A DNA stretch of 64,000 nucleotides from Macrostomum hystrix (taxonomy: Eukaryota > Animalia > Platyhelminthes), in assembly GCA_950097015.1 (NCBI GenBank), contig CATNEN010000007.1:9424001-9488000 (forward strand), written 5' to 3'. This document shows, piece by piece, positions 1 to 12,000 of the stretch. Made by a program: the position numbers and the translations under genes. The notes beneath the pieces were generated by a model, which ran no database searches, was not told the origin of the DNA, and was given only the letters and a program-made list of their open reading frames with translations. Numbering within the stretch: position 1 is the first letter of the stretch; each line of letters opens with the position of its first letter.

Positions 1-54
1 TGCTGTCAGTGAGCCCGCTGTCAGTGAGCCTGCTGTCAGTGAGCCTGCTGTCAG
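1..54. repeat. 15-bp tandem repeat TGCTGTCAGTGAGCC (intron of TRPM paralogue 1)
   Basis: About 3.5 copies at the window start. Confidence 0.85.
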
Positions 55-443
55 GGGATTAATGAACCCAATTCCTTTGGTCTGTTTTATCATGTACAAC
101 AGGGCTCGGCAAACTTAATAGCGTGCGGGCCACGGAGAGAACCTAAATGGCGACAGCTGGCCGCATTAACTGTAGGAGTATGAGAACGGGTGAGATGAGA
201 CACGGGATGGATAAGATAGATAAGAGATAAGACAGGGGAGAAAGGAGATAGAGAAGAGATGAGACGGGAGAGAGACGGGAGACACGGGAGCGATGAAACT
301 CTCCACGTCCAGATGAGAGAGAGAGGAGACAGGATACTGTTGGAAGGGGCAACGGGCCGGATTTGGGAACATCGAGGGCCGCATCTGGCCATCTTGCCGA
401 CCCTTTATGTAGAATACATACAGCACAAAGCCATATGCTGCAG

Positions 444-1440
444 GAACCAGCGTTGGCGGTGCCAGGAACTGGCTTGTGATTGTCCTGCTTGCCGTGTACA
501 TGCTGGCCACTAATGTGCTGCTCATCAACTTGCTCATCGCCATGTTTGGGTGAGCATGGGATTAGCCTCTGCTGTCGCTCTGGAATGCCAATACAAAAGC
601 GCATACCTTTGTATTTTTTGTCGCTGTCATGGTAACAATTTACTCTGACAGGCACACATTCGAGAAGGTGCAGTCCGAGTCCAACAAGTACTACGCCTTC
701 ATCCGGTTCGAGCTCATCTACGAGTACTACACCCGGCCAGTGCTGCCGCCGCCGCTGGTGTTCATTCCGCACATCTGGCGCCTCATCTGTTGCATGCGGC
801 ACAAGTGCTGCAACCGCGGCTGCCGGACCGACGGTTCAAAAAAGAGGAAATTCGACGAATTTTGTAAGTTCCCTTTGAAGACTTCAAACTACACTTACAG
901 TGCCACCGTACTTCTCTGAGTATAAATATTAATTTGTACTAAAGTGCAATGCCATTATTTCTCTATCGTCTCGCACAGCAATGGAACTAACCTTACGGGA
1001 GCACCAGAGGCTTTCGGCCATCGAGCAGCGGGCCACGGACCGCTATCTGAGCCGTTGCCATGACGACGAGGGCGGCTCTGCTACTGCTTCCGGCACCGCT
1101 GGCGATGATCTGGCTGGCTATTTCGACGAGGCCAACGATGGCGGCGACGCGGAGCAGAACGAAGTCAAGGAGAAGTTGCAAGAGCTTGAGTAAGGGCTCT
1201 AGGACATTGTCTGATGACTCACATAAACATTCGCCCTCCATCCTCTTCCATCTCTTCCATTCTCTTCCATCCCAGTCAATGCCATATATTCTTGCCCCTT
1301 GCAGTTGTACATCCTGTGCCCTTGCCTTCTTTCGACCAATTTTCAGGGAAAGATTCGGCAGAATGGAAGAGAAGATGCAGTCGGTGGTGGAGAGCAACGG
1401 CAAACTGCTGCAGCTACTGGAACACCTGAGCTTCAGGTGA
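444..1440 (+). CDS. TRPM: TRPM-like cation channel paralogue 1, 3' part (S6, TRP domain, coiled coil); 5' part lies upstream of the window
   Basis: Exons 444-549, 652-863, 979-1189, 1347-1440 with GT-AG sites and matching phases. Peptides NWLVIVLLAVYMLATNVLLINLLIAMFG (TRPM S6), SNKYYAFIRFELIYEYYTRPVLPPPL (TRP domain), ERFGRMEEKMQSV...LLQLLEHLSFR* (coiled coil). Same exon structure as paralogue 2. Confidence 0.9.
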
Positions 1441-2547
1441 AACACCTGACCCTGCCTGCGTATAGATAAAGCCTTTCTGTTTATCACAGTGTTTGGCATT
1501 ATCTGACAATCACAAAATGGTCAGGGCGGTGCCTGATCTGACTTTCTAATATATTTAGAAAAAATTTACTAAAAAAGTTTCAAGTGTCCGTCTGCCGATA
1601 AAATGCACTCTCTGTACTAGATTTATTGTTGATACCTGACAAATGCTACGTAATGAGCAGTGCTCAGTGGCTTGTATCTTCAGCAAAAAGATTTTCCCAA
1701 TCAACTTAGAAAGTGTAATTTTCCGCTCACTAAGTTTATGCCTACGAAATCAGCCAAAAACAGACACACAAAGGTTATTGGATATATTTTTACCTGCTTT
1801 GTTTCGCCCTGATAATGTACTTTTACATGTTTACCTTTCCGCCTGAACGTAAGCTGCCCCTCGGTATAGTCATTTTGGAGCTGCCGAGTCTCATAACTCA
1901 GAGCCGCTGGTCAAAGCAGGACTGCCAGCCATTGCATTGATATTCTATTTATTCGAATCAGTTGTTATACATTTTTTGAGATTTTACATATTCTGAGCAC
2001 AGTCCATTCCGCTCACTTTTGAGCCGATAATTATTTTTACCTTTGGACCAGACAGAACTCGCTCAGTCTTGTTTCCTACAGCTGCAGCTGCAGGTGTCAG
2101 GTGCTAGTAAAATTGCTCTTGGTTTTTTCTGTAAATCCTCACGGCTTTCGAGTTAAAATTTTCTGCTGTAGAAATGGTAGTAAGTCTCGTTGCCTTCCTT
2201 AACAAGTTAACGCGTGTCAAAACAGAAAAAAAACTCTTGTTTTAGAAATGCTTAGGCATTTTATTGTATTTTTTAATATCAAATGATTACTTTACATGTA
2301 AGCTCTAACATGCATTGTGCAGTTCAGTCTAAGAAAACCCTTGTTTATTTTCCATGTAAACCTTTTACGCCTTCTTGTTCGTATTAGCTTCTTTCGTGAG
2401 CTTTTTTGTGATTTGGACTTTTCAGAATCGCCTCAAATACACGTAAATCGATGGTAGCGTCTCTTCTTAGATATATTTTTACCCCCTCCCCTATTTAATT
2501 CCAGCTGATTCAAAGTACGCGACTTTTTTGTATTCTCCTCCTTTCAG

Positions 2548-2856
2548 TGGGCTGAGTGGCAGAGCAGACTTTCGCCTTTCGCTCCAAATGTCCCTTGCTG
2601 AGCTTGATTCGATCTCCGGCGAGGCCAAATGAATTTGTGGCGCAGTCATGACTCCTAGAGAAGGCTTGTGGGTTTTCTTACTATATTACGTCCATAAGGG
2701 CAAACTTCAAAGGACACAATGAGATTGTACACTGCCAGACAATGAGAAAGTCAAGCAGACGTTTAGTATGTGCTAGCGTACAGTATCCGTGTGAATGTAT
2801 GCTCAGGAGTCATCGGAATGGGCACAATTTTGCCTCCTCTCGTTGATTGCGGGCCA
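2548..2856 (+). mobile_element. Old diverged SINE copy, same family
   Basis: Retains GAGTGGCAGAGC, GGCGAGGCCA, AGAGAAGGCTTG, GTACACTGCC..ATGAGAAAGTCA and GCTCAGGAGTCA blocks in order. Confidence 0.75.
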
Positions 2857-5095
2857 ACTGTCACAAAATAAGCCTGATCCCACAGCAAAAAGATAAATAT
2901 TTAGATAGATATACCTCCCTGTCTGAAACAAGTATGACAGAATTTTTTTATGTTATAATTTTGTATGTACCAGTAATCACTGATTCAATATTCGATTTGA
3001 TTCAAATGCTTACTCGCACAAAACAACTGCGAATTTGACTAAATTGGTGATGACTACAAGTTTAGCGCCATCCGCTGAAACCTAAATTCAGTAATCACCC
3101 CTCATTCAGCAAACTATTCCCTGATTGTCCCCTCATTCAGCCAATAATGCCCAAATTTATAATCCTGTCATTTAGACCTATCCCTTCATTTAAGCAACTA
3201 ATTATTTCATCAAAAGATTATTATCCCCCTGTTAAGCCCGTCTAATCCTATTTCTGGTGGAGATAAGCTCAGTAAATTGCACGCCCAGAGCGTACCGTAG
3301 CATTATGATTTGTAGAGTGCGTCCAGAGGTTTCTCTAGCGTCCTAGTCTTGCACCTTCCAATGAACTACGTCTGCATCGCTCTCAGGTCGTGAGATGCGA
3401 AGGGCGCGGTGATCAGAACACCCTAGCGCATACCCCACTCCATCCGCAAATCGATGAATTGCACAGCAGTCTAGTGGTTCCTGCTTCGAATCGTGATACT
3501 GCTGTCCATTTTTTTGCTGACCGCTATATATATCTATGACGTTTCTTGCTTGGCAATCCGCAAATTACTGGTTTAAACAAAATGAAACGGTTATGTCTTC
3601 GCTTCGTGATTTTTAAGCCATATACTCAATTTTTATTTACTTTTATATATACTATTTTCACTTTAAACAAGTATTTATTCCTATATTTATTGTATTTTTT
3701 TTGTTTAATACGTTACACAGTAACGCTTAAACATAGATTTCTGGCACCTTTTAACTTTGATAAGTATGCTTGTTTAACGCAAAGATTGGCGCATATATGT
3801 CATAATCGTTGTGTTTTGCAAGTTGAGCTAGGGGCATATTCACAATTCCCCTTTACTTATATTCATAAAATACCTTACTTTGCCTTACTTACTTTATCGT
3901 ACGAACCAACATTTTCTACCTATTTTGGTAGTTCCAAAAATATAAATTTTAATAAAACCGCATAATCGCATAGTTAGATTTAGAATAAACTTCTTACACC
4001 ATTGATCTATTTATAAGACAGAAATTTATGTCTCATTTCATGATTTTGTACCTTGGAGTTCGCGTCGATGAAAATAACGGACGTACCACCAATCCATACT
4101 AATATCTCTATTTAGTTAAATGAAATTATATATGTACATATATCCGTTTTTTAGTTATATTTAACATGTCAGTTATTTTTTAGAAGTGAATTTGTTTTCG
4201 GTATCATAACAATATTTTGGCCATTGGGTTCAAGTAAAAATATCTTATTACTAATTAAATATCAAACAAGAACGAACTACAGTTGTCTTAAATTGATGGG
4301 TAAAGTTAGTCAAAACATCAGAAAAAAATAATAGGAACAACTGCTCGTTAATTTCTAAAATTTAGCTATCTGATCCTCCGCTAATAAGAAAATGACATAA
4401 ACAAGCCTATAAAAATGGGACCGAAAATTCTAAATATGCGGCAGATTAAATTTGCATTTGCTCTTTTAGACCGCATGGATAAAAATTTAGTTTGCAATAC
4501 TTTGTATATTTTCCTTTTTGTCCTTGTTTTTGTGTAGCTGAGCTGAAATTCAAGTTGGTTTTCATGAATCCATTGTGCCCGAGGAATGTGATAAGCCATA
4601 AATTTCACTGAAGGAAACCAGAAGCAATTTTAATAGAATAATTTAAATATAGTCAACTAAGCTCTCAATTTAATAGATTATAATTTTCAAAACTATAGCT
4701 TTTTTTGATAAAAAAGCAAGAACAAATGAAGCATTTTCCTTGAACCTTGACTGAAATTCAATGTATTTCATAGGCTCCAAATTTTACGATTGCGTTAAAA
4801 TTCACAACGCCAGATTCCCTGGATCCTAAAAGCACTGCGGAATAAGATCTTTGCGTTGGAACAAGCATTCGCCAGAGTGAACCATGACCTAAATATATCG
4901 TCATTGTGAGACAAATATTTAGGCTTGTGAAAGCTTTAGTGCTGAAGTCTGAAGCAAAATCTAGCTTTCGACATTGTGACAAAAGAAGTTGACGAAAGAA
5001 CTCCGCTTGTTGCAGAAATAATATCAGAGAATTATTTATTAATTTTTATTATTGAATCGACTTTTACCGGAAACTGGCTGTCAGCCTTCAGCTCA

Positions 5096-5978
5096 ATGGG
5101 CGACCAGGAGGACATCGACTTGCCCGGCTACCGCCAGCACATCCGGGTGCAGCCGGTTGGGCCAGACTTCGTGGATCAGTCCGGACCGGACAGGTGAGGG
5201 GGCCGGACTGTCACGCCTGTTGAGTTCCTGTAGTGTGATTGGTGTCTTAGCTTGTTGGCTAGTGGGCCTGATGGGCAGTCTCATTGGTTGCTATGCAGAT
5301 TGTATCTCTGGCCCATGATTTTTTCATGTATTTGTCTCCTTCACTCCTTGCATTGACGTTCAGAATTAAAAGAAGGCTCGACTTGCTATTTTTTCACGCA
5401 TTCATTTCCCCATTGCATACAAATCCACTCGTGGCTTTTGGCTCTGCTAATAAAGTGCCACTGCACTCAGTGCACTCAACGCGTGCTTTAGGGTTGCTAA
5501 TGAGCGACTCAATGCCGGTTGCTAAGCGTGGGAAAACCAACAATTATTAGTCCTACTGTGGACACCCCATCACCCTATTCAGACTAGGCAGAAAAGGCAG
5601 CCGTGCGTTGTGGTGTGGAGCAAAAACCCATCAGCAAGTCTGGCCCTGAATCAGAGTAACTGAAAAAATCCTCCGAAACCCAGGTCCGACATGGATGCCG
5701 ACGATGCCGCCGCCTCCGCCGATCGAAGCGACCGGAAGCGCGACAGGAAGCACCGGCACAAGAAGCATCGGCATCGGAGTCGACGGAGCCGCGACTTTGT
5801 GGATGACGAGGCCGTTGCCGGAGCCTCAGCCGACGTTGCTGACGTGAATGAAGCCGACACTGTCAGGCTGAGGTCGGCAGCCGCCGACAATGCGGCTTTC
5901 AGCGACCCGTCGACCAAAAAATCTGAAGCTGGAGCCTCAGCAAGCGACGGGCGTCGCTTATTGTCCCACAATCCCAGT

Positions 5979-6018
<40 letters not shown>

Positions 6019-9000
6019 TGCAGATTGGAGCCACAGTGGCGCCCAGCCCGCTGCCCTCTGCCCCGATGACGAGCCGAAGCAATCGGGTAAGTCGGGCCTG
6101 CAAGACCACCGAGCTGGCCGGCAGCTACTGGGCAAACTTTTCATTTTGCATCCATGGCTTTTCTCCAAAGTTAGTGTCCCGCCATTGAGTACTTACAGCA
6201 GCAGGCACAAACCATTCAGATATTACATTCATTACATTTTAAATGAAAGTTAATCATTTGAATTCGCGCCAAATGATCGGCAATGCAGTAGATTTCGGCT
6301 TGTCTCCATGGCAACTGAGAGAATTGCAGTCGTTCTGCTTGTACTTTCAAATTTCGCATCTAAGTACTGATCGCTCATGCTTTCTTTTTGATTCTGTTTC
6401 CCTGCACCTGTCCATCAGCGAGTCGTACAGCTGTGCGAACCTCCCTTCTCCGCGAGTACTCGCCGAACTGACTGGACAGTCCGCACAGAGTGCGCAGCCG
6501 CTGTTCGCAATGCTAGGCAGTCACTAGGGGAGACGGCAGGGCCAGGATTTGGCCAAAAAGGAAAGGGATATGAAGACTCGCGTGCATTTATAAACCGCTC
6601 ACCTCCCCGCCTACCTTGGACACTCCTGTCCTCGTTCCGTTTCTTTGCGTATTGGCCTGAGCGTCGATTCATTCTACGAACCTTTTCCTTTTAATTTTTT
6701 TGCCCTCTCTTAAGTTTGCCCAAGCCGATTCTTTTCTTATTTTGGTCTTCCACTCTAGAGTCGTTCAATAGCAAAAACTCACTATCAGTTCACTCTCAGT
6801 TCACTCTCAGCTCACTCTCAGTTCACTCTCAGCTCACTCTCAGCTCACTCTCAGCTCACTCTCAGCTCACTCTCAGCTCACTCTCAGCTCACTCTCAGCT
6901 CACTCTCAATTCACTCTCAATTCACTCTCAGTTCACTCTCAGTTCACTCTCAGCTCACTCTCAGTTCACTCTCAGTTCACTCTCAGCTCACTCTCAGCTC
7001 ACTCTCAGCTCACTCTCAATTCACTCTCAATTCACCCTCAGCTCACTCTCAGCTCACTCTCAGTTCACTCTCAGTTCACTCTCATTTCAGTCACTTCACT
7101 CTCAGGTCACTCCTAGCTCGCTTCAGTGAATGACCTTGGCCAGCATTGACGAACTGGACTACGATGGCCTCTCCTTGCAGGGCGAGCCGCAGCTGCAGCT
7201 GCAGCAGACGGTGGATGAATTCGTCAGGCAGAACATCAGCATGCGGATCTGCGGAAAGTACATTCCCAACACGGCCGAGTAAGTTCACTTTCCTAATTGC
7301 GCCCAACTGATATGCAGCTGAAAGTTTATTAATATGCCATCTCGATTGTGATAGTGCTCACTTTGAGCAGCTGGAGCATAAAATGTACTCACATCAGCGA
7401 ATGAAAAGCATTCCCCCACCGAATATCGATTGCAGAGTCACTCCGAACTCCAGGTGAGTAGCAGCTAACAATGCAAATCAGCAATAGCCTTGTCTCAGAA
7501 TGCTGCAACTGCCTGAACCTCAGTGCAGCTGCTGCAGCATCTATTTGGGAGGTGGGGCGGGTGACCAGGGCGGGGTTGGAAGTTATAAACAGCTCTGTGA
7601 GCTCACTAGCCTTCTCCAGTGCTCGTGGGAACCCGCAGTGAGCCTGGGAACCCCTGTTCTCAAATTGCCGAGCGCTGTGCTCAAGGAATTCCTAGTTTCT
7701 AAAATAAATACCGAATCATTCCAGTACCCCTGTGAGATTCCATGACCCTTTAGTGAATGCTAGTTTTAGAAGTCCCGGATCCAGCCTTGCTGCCTTACTC
7801 ATTATTTGATATTTAATGAGAAATCAGTAATTTTGTGCTCAAATGAGTTCCATGGCTGAAATGATTAGCTCATTAAATTAGACACTCATTATCGCTAATT
7901 GTGTTGCGCCTCCTACCGGATTAGGAGCAGAAATATTCAAGTGCACAATTACCGGACTCAGTGTTTTAAATGTGTCATCATCGCAATAAATTGCTTCAGA
8001 AGTGCAGCCGTGGCTTATCCTCGTTCGTAACGCAATAAAACTAAAACTCGCGACTGGTTAGCAGTGTGAAAGAGAAGCGCACTTTTTAATTGTTCGTCGT
8101 AATTTTGTTTAAATGTGTATCAGATGCGCGTCATTTTTGTTCCGCAGTATGTTCGGAAATGGCGGTGCCAGTTGTTCTGAAATTTTATCCGATTCCGGAC
8201 TTCAGCCTGCTCAAAAAACTCAAAGCTGTGGATAATTTTATGGCTTAAAATAGATTTTATATTAATGTAACTCCCTGATGAATAATAATAATAATAATTG
8301 CAGGAGGGCTGCGGGCAATGACACATCATTTAGTGGCATTAGACCCGCAGCCAGCGAGGAGGCAATTCTGCCCATTTCGCTGGCTCCTGAGCACACACGC
8401 ACACAGATACCGTACGCAGGCAAACGCTCACACAGGCGTGTACATTCGCCCTGACTTTCTCATCGTCAGGCAGTGTACATTTCACTGTGCCTTGGAAGTT
8501 GGCCCTCAAGGGCGTAAATTGCACGACAAGCCCTCCAAGCCTTCTCTCCGCGGCTGCGCCCCAAATAAATGTGGCCTCGCCGTGGAATCGAACTTAGGGA
8601 CCGTGGTGCGAGAGGCAAACGCGATAACCGCTCTGCCACAGACCCCCTAACTCCCTGATGAGGTAACATGATTATTTTATCTCTGGTTGCTGGGGACAAT
8701 AACACGTTGCTAAGGAGAGTATTACAGCCTCACTCACTGTGGGGCTGTAATTAAGCCATTCGATAACTGCTTTAGTGCCAAAGCCCCATCGCGACAGTCG
8801 TGCAAGGTGACGCGGTACCCCGAACCCACCCTCAGCGCCTCAATTTGCCACTGCAACCGGCCGCCCCAGTGGCACCGGGACCAGGGCATCCCGGTGGACC
8901 TGACGCCGACGCCGCAGCAGCAGCCGAAGGAGAAGTGGCGCACAGAGAGCTGCGCCCGGGTGGTGCCCACCAACGCCTGCGGCCGCATGAAGCTGCAGGG

Positions 9001-12000
9001 CTTCGGCCGGCTCGGCATCAGGCACAAGCCGCACGTGAGTAGGGCCAGCCATTCACTTGACATGGGCATCCAGATGTGCCTTTCTTGTCAAAAAGCAACT
9101 TTCAGCTCGAGGACAGTGGGGAAGCCGTAGAGGGGGAGTTTTGTGTCAGTGGCTTCAGTTAGTTGCTGCATAGAATAAGAGCACGATTGCTCTCTATTGA
9201 CAGGTTCGGAGGATTGTGTTCTGTTCTACGAGTAGTTTTAGTGGATCGAGAGTCCGATTTACGACTTGAAAGTCCGGGGTTCGATTCCCGGATTCAATAT
9301 AACAATTTATGTCCATGTGTCCAGAGCAAGAAACTTAACTCTGCATTGCTTTAGTTTAGGAAGGTGGACTTGAGGCTGGACTGAACAGCGGTACGCAGGG
9401 GCAGGTGGAGTCAATTGAAATGATTAGTTTTTTAGAAGTGAATATGCCGTACTTATGGAGACCTAAACTCGTTAGCTTTTCAAATAACCTTATGAAACCG
9501 ATTTGAGATATAAAAATTATTAGAGAATTTGGTCTTTGGGCATCCGACTCCACTCCCCTTCACAACTGCAGTATATTCGCATCGACTCTGAGACCCGCGA
9601 CTTTGACGCCCTGTGGGAGCTGATGACGAGCCCGAAGTACTGGGCAATGCCGCTGCCTGACCTCGTGCTATCCGTGAGCGGCGGCGCCAAGAAGATGGAG
9701 AAAATGTCTGCCAAGCTGCTCAAGAAGGTCAAGCTGGGACTCACCAACGTGGCCAGCGGAGTCAAGAGTGAGTTGCTGGCTGGGCTGGGCTGACCCTAAA
9801 CACATTGGAGTCTAGAACTTTAGTACTTATTTGTCACGAGTGTCTAGTCTTGTAAGTCCCGAGTGTCTAGACTTATGAGTCACGAGTGTCTAGTCTTGTG
9901 AGTCACGAGTGTCTAGTCTTGTAAGTCCCGAGTATCTAGACTTATGAGTCACGAGTGTCTAGTCTTGTGAGTCACGAGTGTCTAGTGAGTCACGAGTGTC
10001 TAGTGAGCCACGAGTGTCTAGTCTAGTGAGTCACGAGTGTCTAGTGAGCCACAAGTGTCTAGTCTAGTGAGTCACGAGTGTCTAGTGAGCCATGAGTGTC
10101 TAGTCTTGTGAGTCACGAGTGTCTAGTCTAGTGAGTCACGAGTGTCTAGTCTAGTGAGTCACGAGTGTCTAGTCTAGTGAGTCACGAGTGTCTAGTGAGT
10201 CACGAGTGTCTAGTGAGTCACGAGTGTCTAGTGAGCCATGAGTGTCTAGTCTTGTGAGTCACGAGTGTCTAGTCTAGTGAGTCACGAGTGTCTAGTCTAG
10301 TGAGTCACGAGTGTCTAGTGAGTCACGAGTGTCTAGTGAGTCACGAGTGTCTAGTGAGTCACGAGTGTCTAGTGAGTCACGAGTGTCTAGTGAGTCACGA
10401 GTGTCTAGTGAGTCACGAGTGTCTAGTGAGTCACGAGTGTCTAGTGAGTCACGAGTGTCTAGTGAGTCACGAGTGTCTAGTGAGTCACGAGTGTCTAGTG
10501 AGTCACGAGTGTCTAGTGAGTCACGATTGTCTAGTGAGTCACGAGAGTGACAACCGCCCTGGCATTTCGCAGCCGCGTGGATCCTGACCCCCGGCTTCAA
10601 CCTGGGCTGCAGCCAGCTGGTCGGGCAGGCCATCCAGGAGTACAACTTCGCTGGCGGTGGCCAGCAGATCTGGGTGATAGGAGTGTGCTCATGGGGCGCC
10701 GTGTACAACAGGGAGTGCCTGGAGATCACAGGAGCCAACGTGAGTCCATAAAAATGGCGGTAGGGAATGCCGATTATGGAATAAACGTGTGTAGTAAAAA
10801 GTGCAATTGTTTTCATTGTTACTGCATAATGCACTGAAAAATGTGAGTCCAAGAAGCTGACACCTAAAAGCGTATTCTTAGTCGGACTGAGGTGCTTGGG
10901 TGAAAGTGGTTGCTCAAAACTGATGCTTTCTGTTCTTAAACCCGCGCTTTTAGACTGCGAGCTACTCCTCCTACAAAGTAAGCCTTGTACTCTTACTGAT
11001 GCAGCATCTGTGTTGTGCGCCATTCTTTAGCATGCTGAGTTTCACCGCGTGTATTTATTTTAACTGCCGATAGCTTTAAGGGATGCAAATATCAAAAGGG
11101 ATTGTTTCCCATCTATTTATTAAAAGGCCGTCGATTTCTCCGTGAGATATGAAAGCGATCTCGTGAGAAATTCTTATGAGCATTAAATTTCTAAACCTAC
11201 GTGCGAAAACGGCCTTTTTTGTTTATGGCCCAATCGGGAAATTTGTCTTAACTGACATAAGAAAATGTATAGACAAAATATCTGTAATATGACCCCTGAG
11301 AGAATGTTTTGAGGAGATGATGTAACCCTTGATTTCCTCACGGACTCACGGATCGCAAGTGGTACATCCCACTTCTAGTGGTCATTAGAAGGAGCGTATT
11401 GTGACGATCTCGGTGTGGACCCAGGCGAAATAAATAACGACAAAGCTCGGCGAAGATTTGTGTAGCGGTAGCACTTAGACAATGACGGTAGTAACAGGCG
11501 ATGACGAGTATTATTATTGAATTATTGAAGTAGGGTTGAATCCCTTCTTGCACTGCGGCGGGCAACAGTTATGAAGTGAGGATAACAGAGGCTGAGATGC
11601 CGGTGGCTAAGGAGTGGCGTGATCGCATGGCAGTGCACTTCTGAGACTAGATGGCTAGGTGGCGTGGTACAATGGATTCAGGGCACTGAAAAACTCACTA
11701 CGCTAAGGAGTGGCGCGGCGGAAGTGGAGCGGTGCGGCGGAAGGAGGGAGGTAGGGATGGAAGGTGGTCCCGAGCCATCAGCCAGACGAACAGATAAGGA
11801 GCGGGCTGGGGGTGGGCGCACAAAACAGAAGCTTAATTTTGACCCGGCATAATTTATGCCTGGCCTTACAATTGGCTCGCGCAAAAATGCTAACTAAAAA
11901 GAAATTAATGATCGCAGAGTACATAAATCTTCCGGTCGCATTGCACAAATTGAGATGGTTTCGAACTCAAACGTTTGCTTAAAGTAGCCAATTAAACATT

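Noticed and set aside
1433-1445. Terminal AG|GTGA as a donor to a NUDT9-H or kinase exon (also at 19705-19712)
   Set aside because: No enzyme-like exons are visible downstream of either paralogue, and both stop at the homologous codon.
3546-3965. 139-aa ORF in AT-rich intergenic DNA
   Set aside because: Low-complexity F/L/Y/I composition, non-ATG start, no motif and codon usage unlike real exons.
8440-8480. Hammerhead ribozyme in the SINE (CUGACGA...GAAA..GUC on the minus strand)
   Set aside because: Only 3 nt separate CUGACGA and GAAA, so there is no stem II, and there is no stem III; a simple hairpin explains it better. An Infernal search would settle it.
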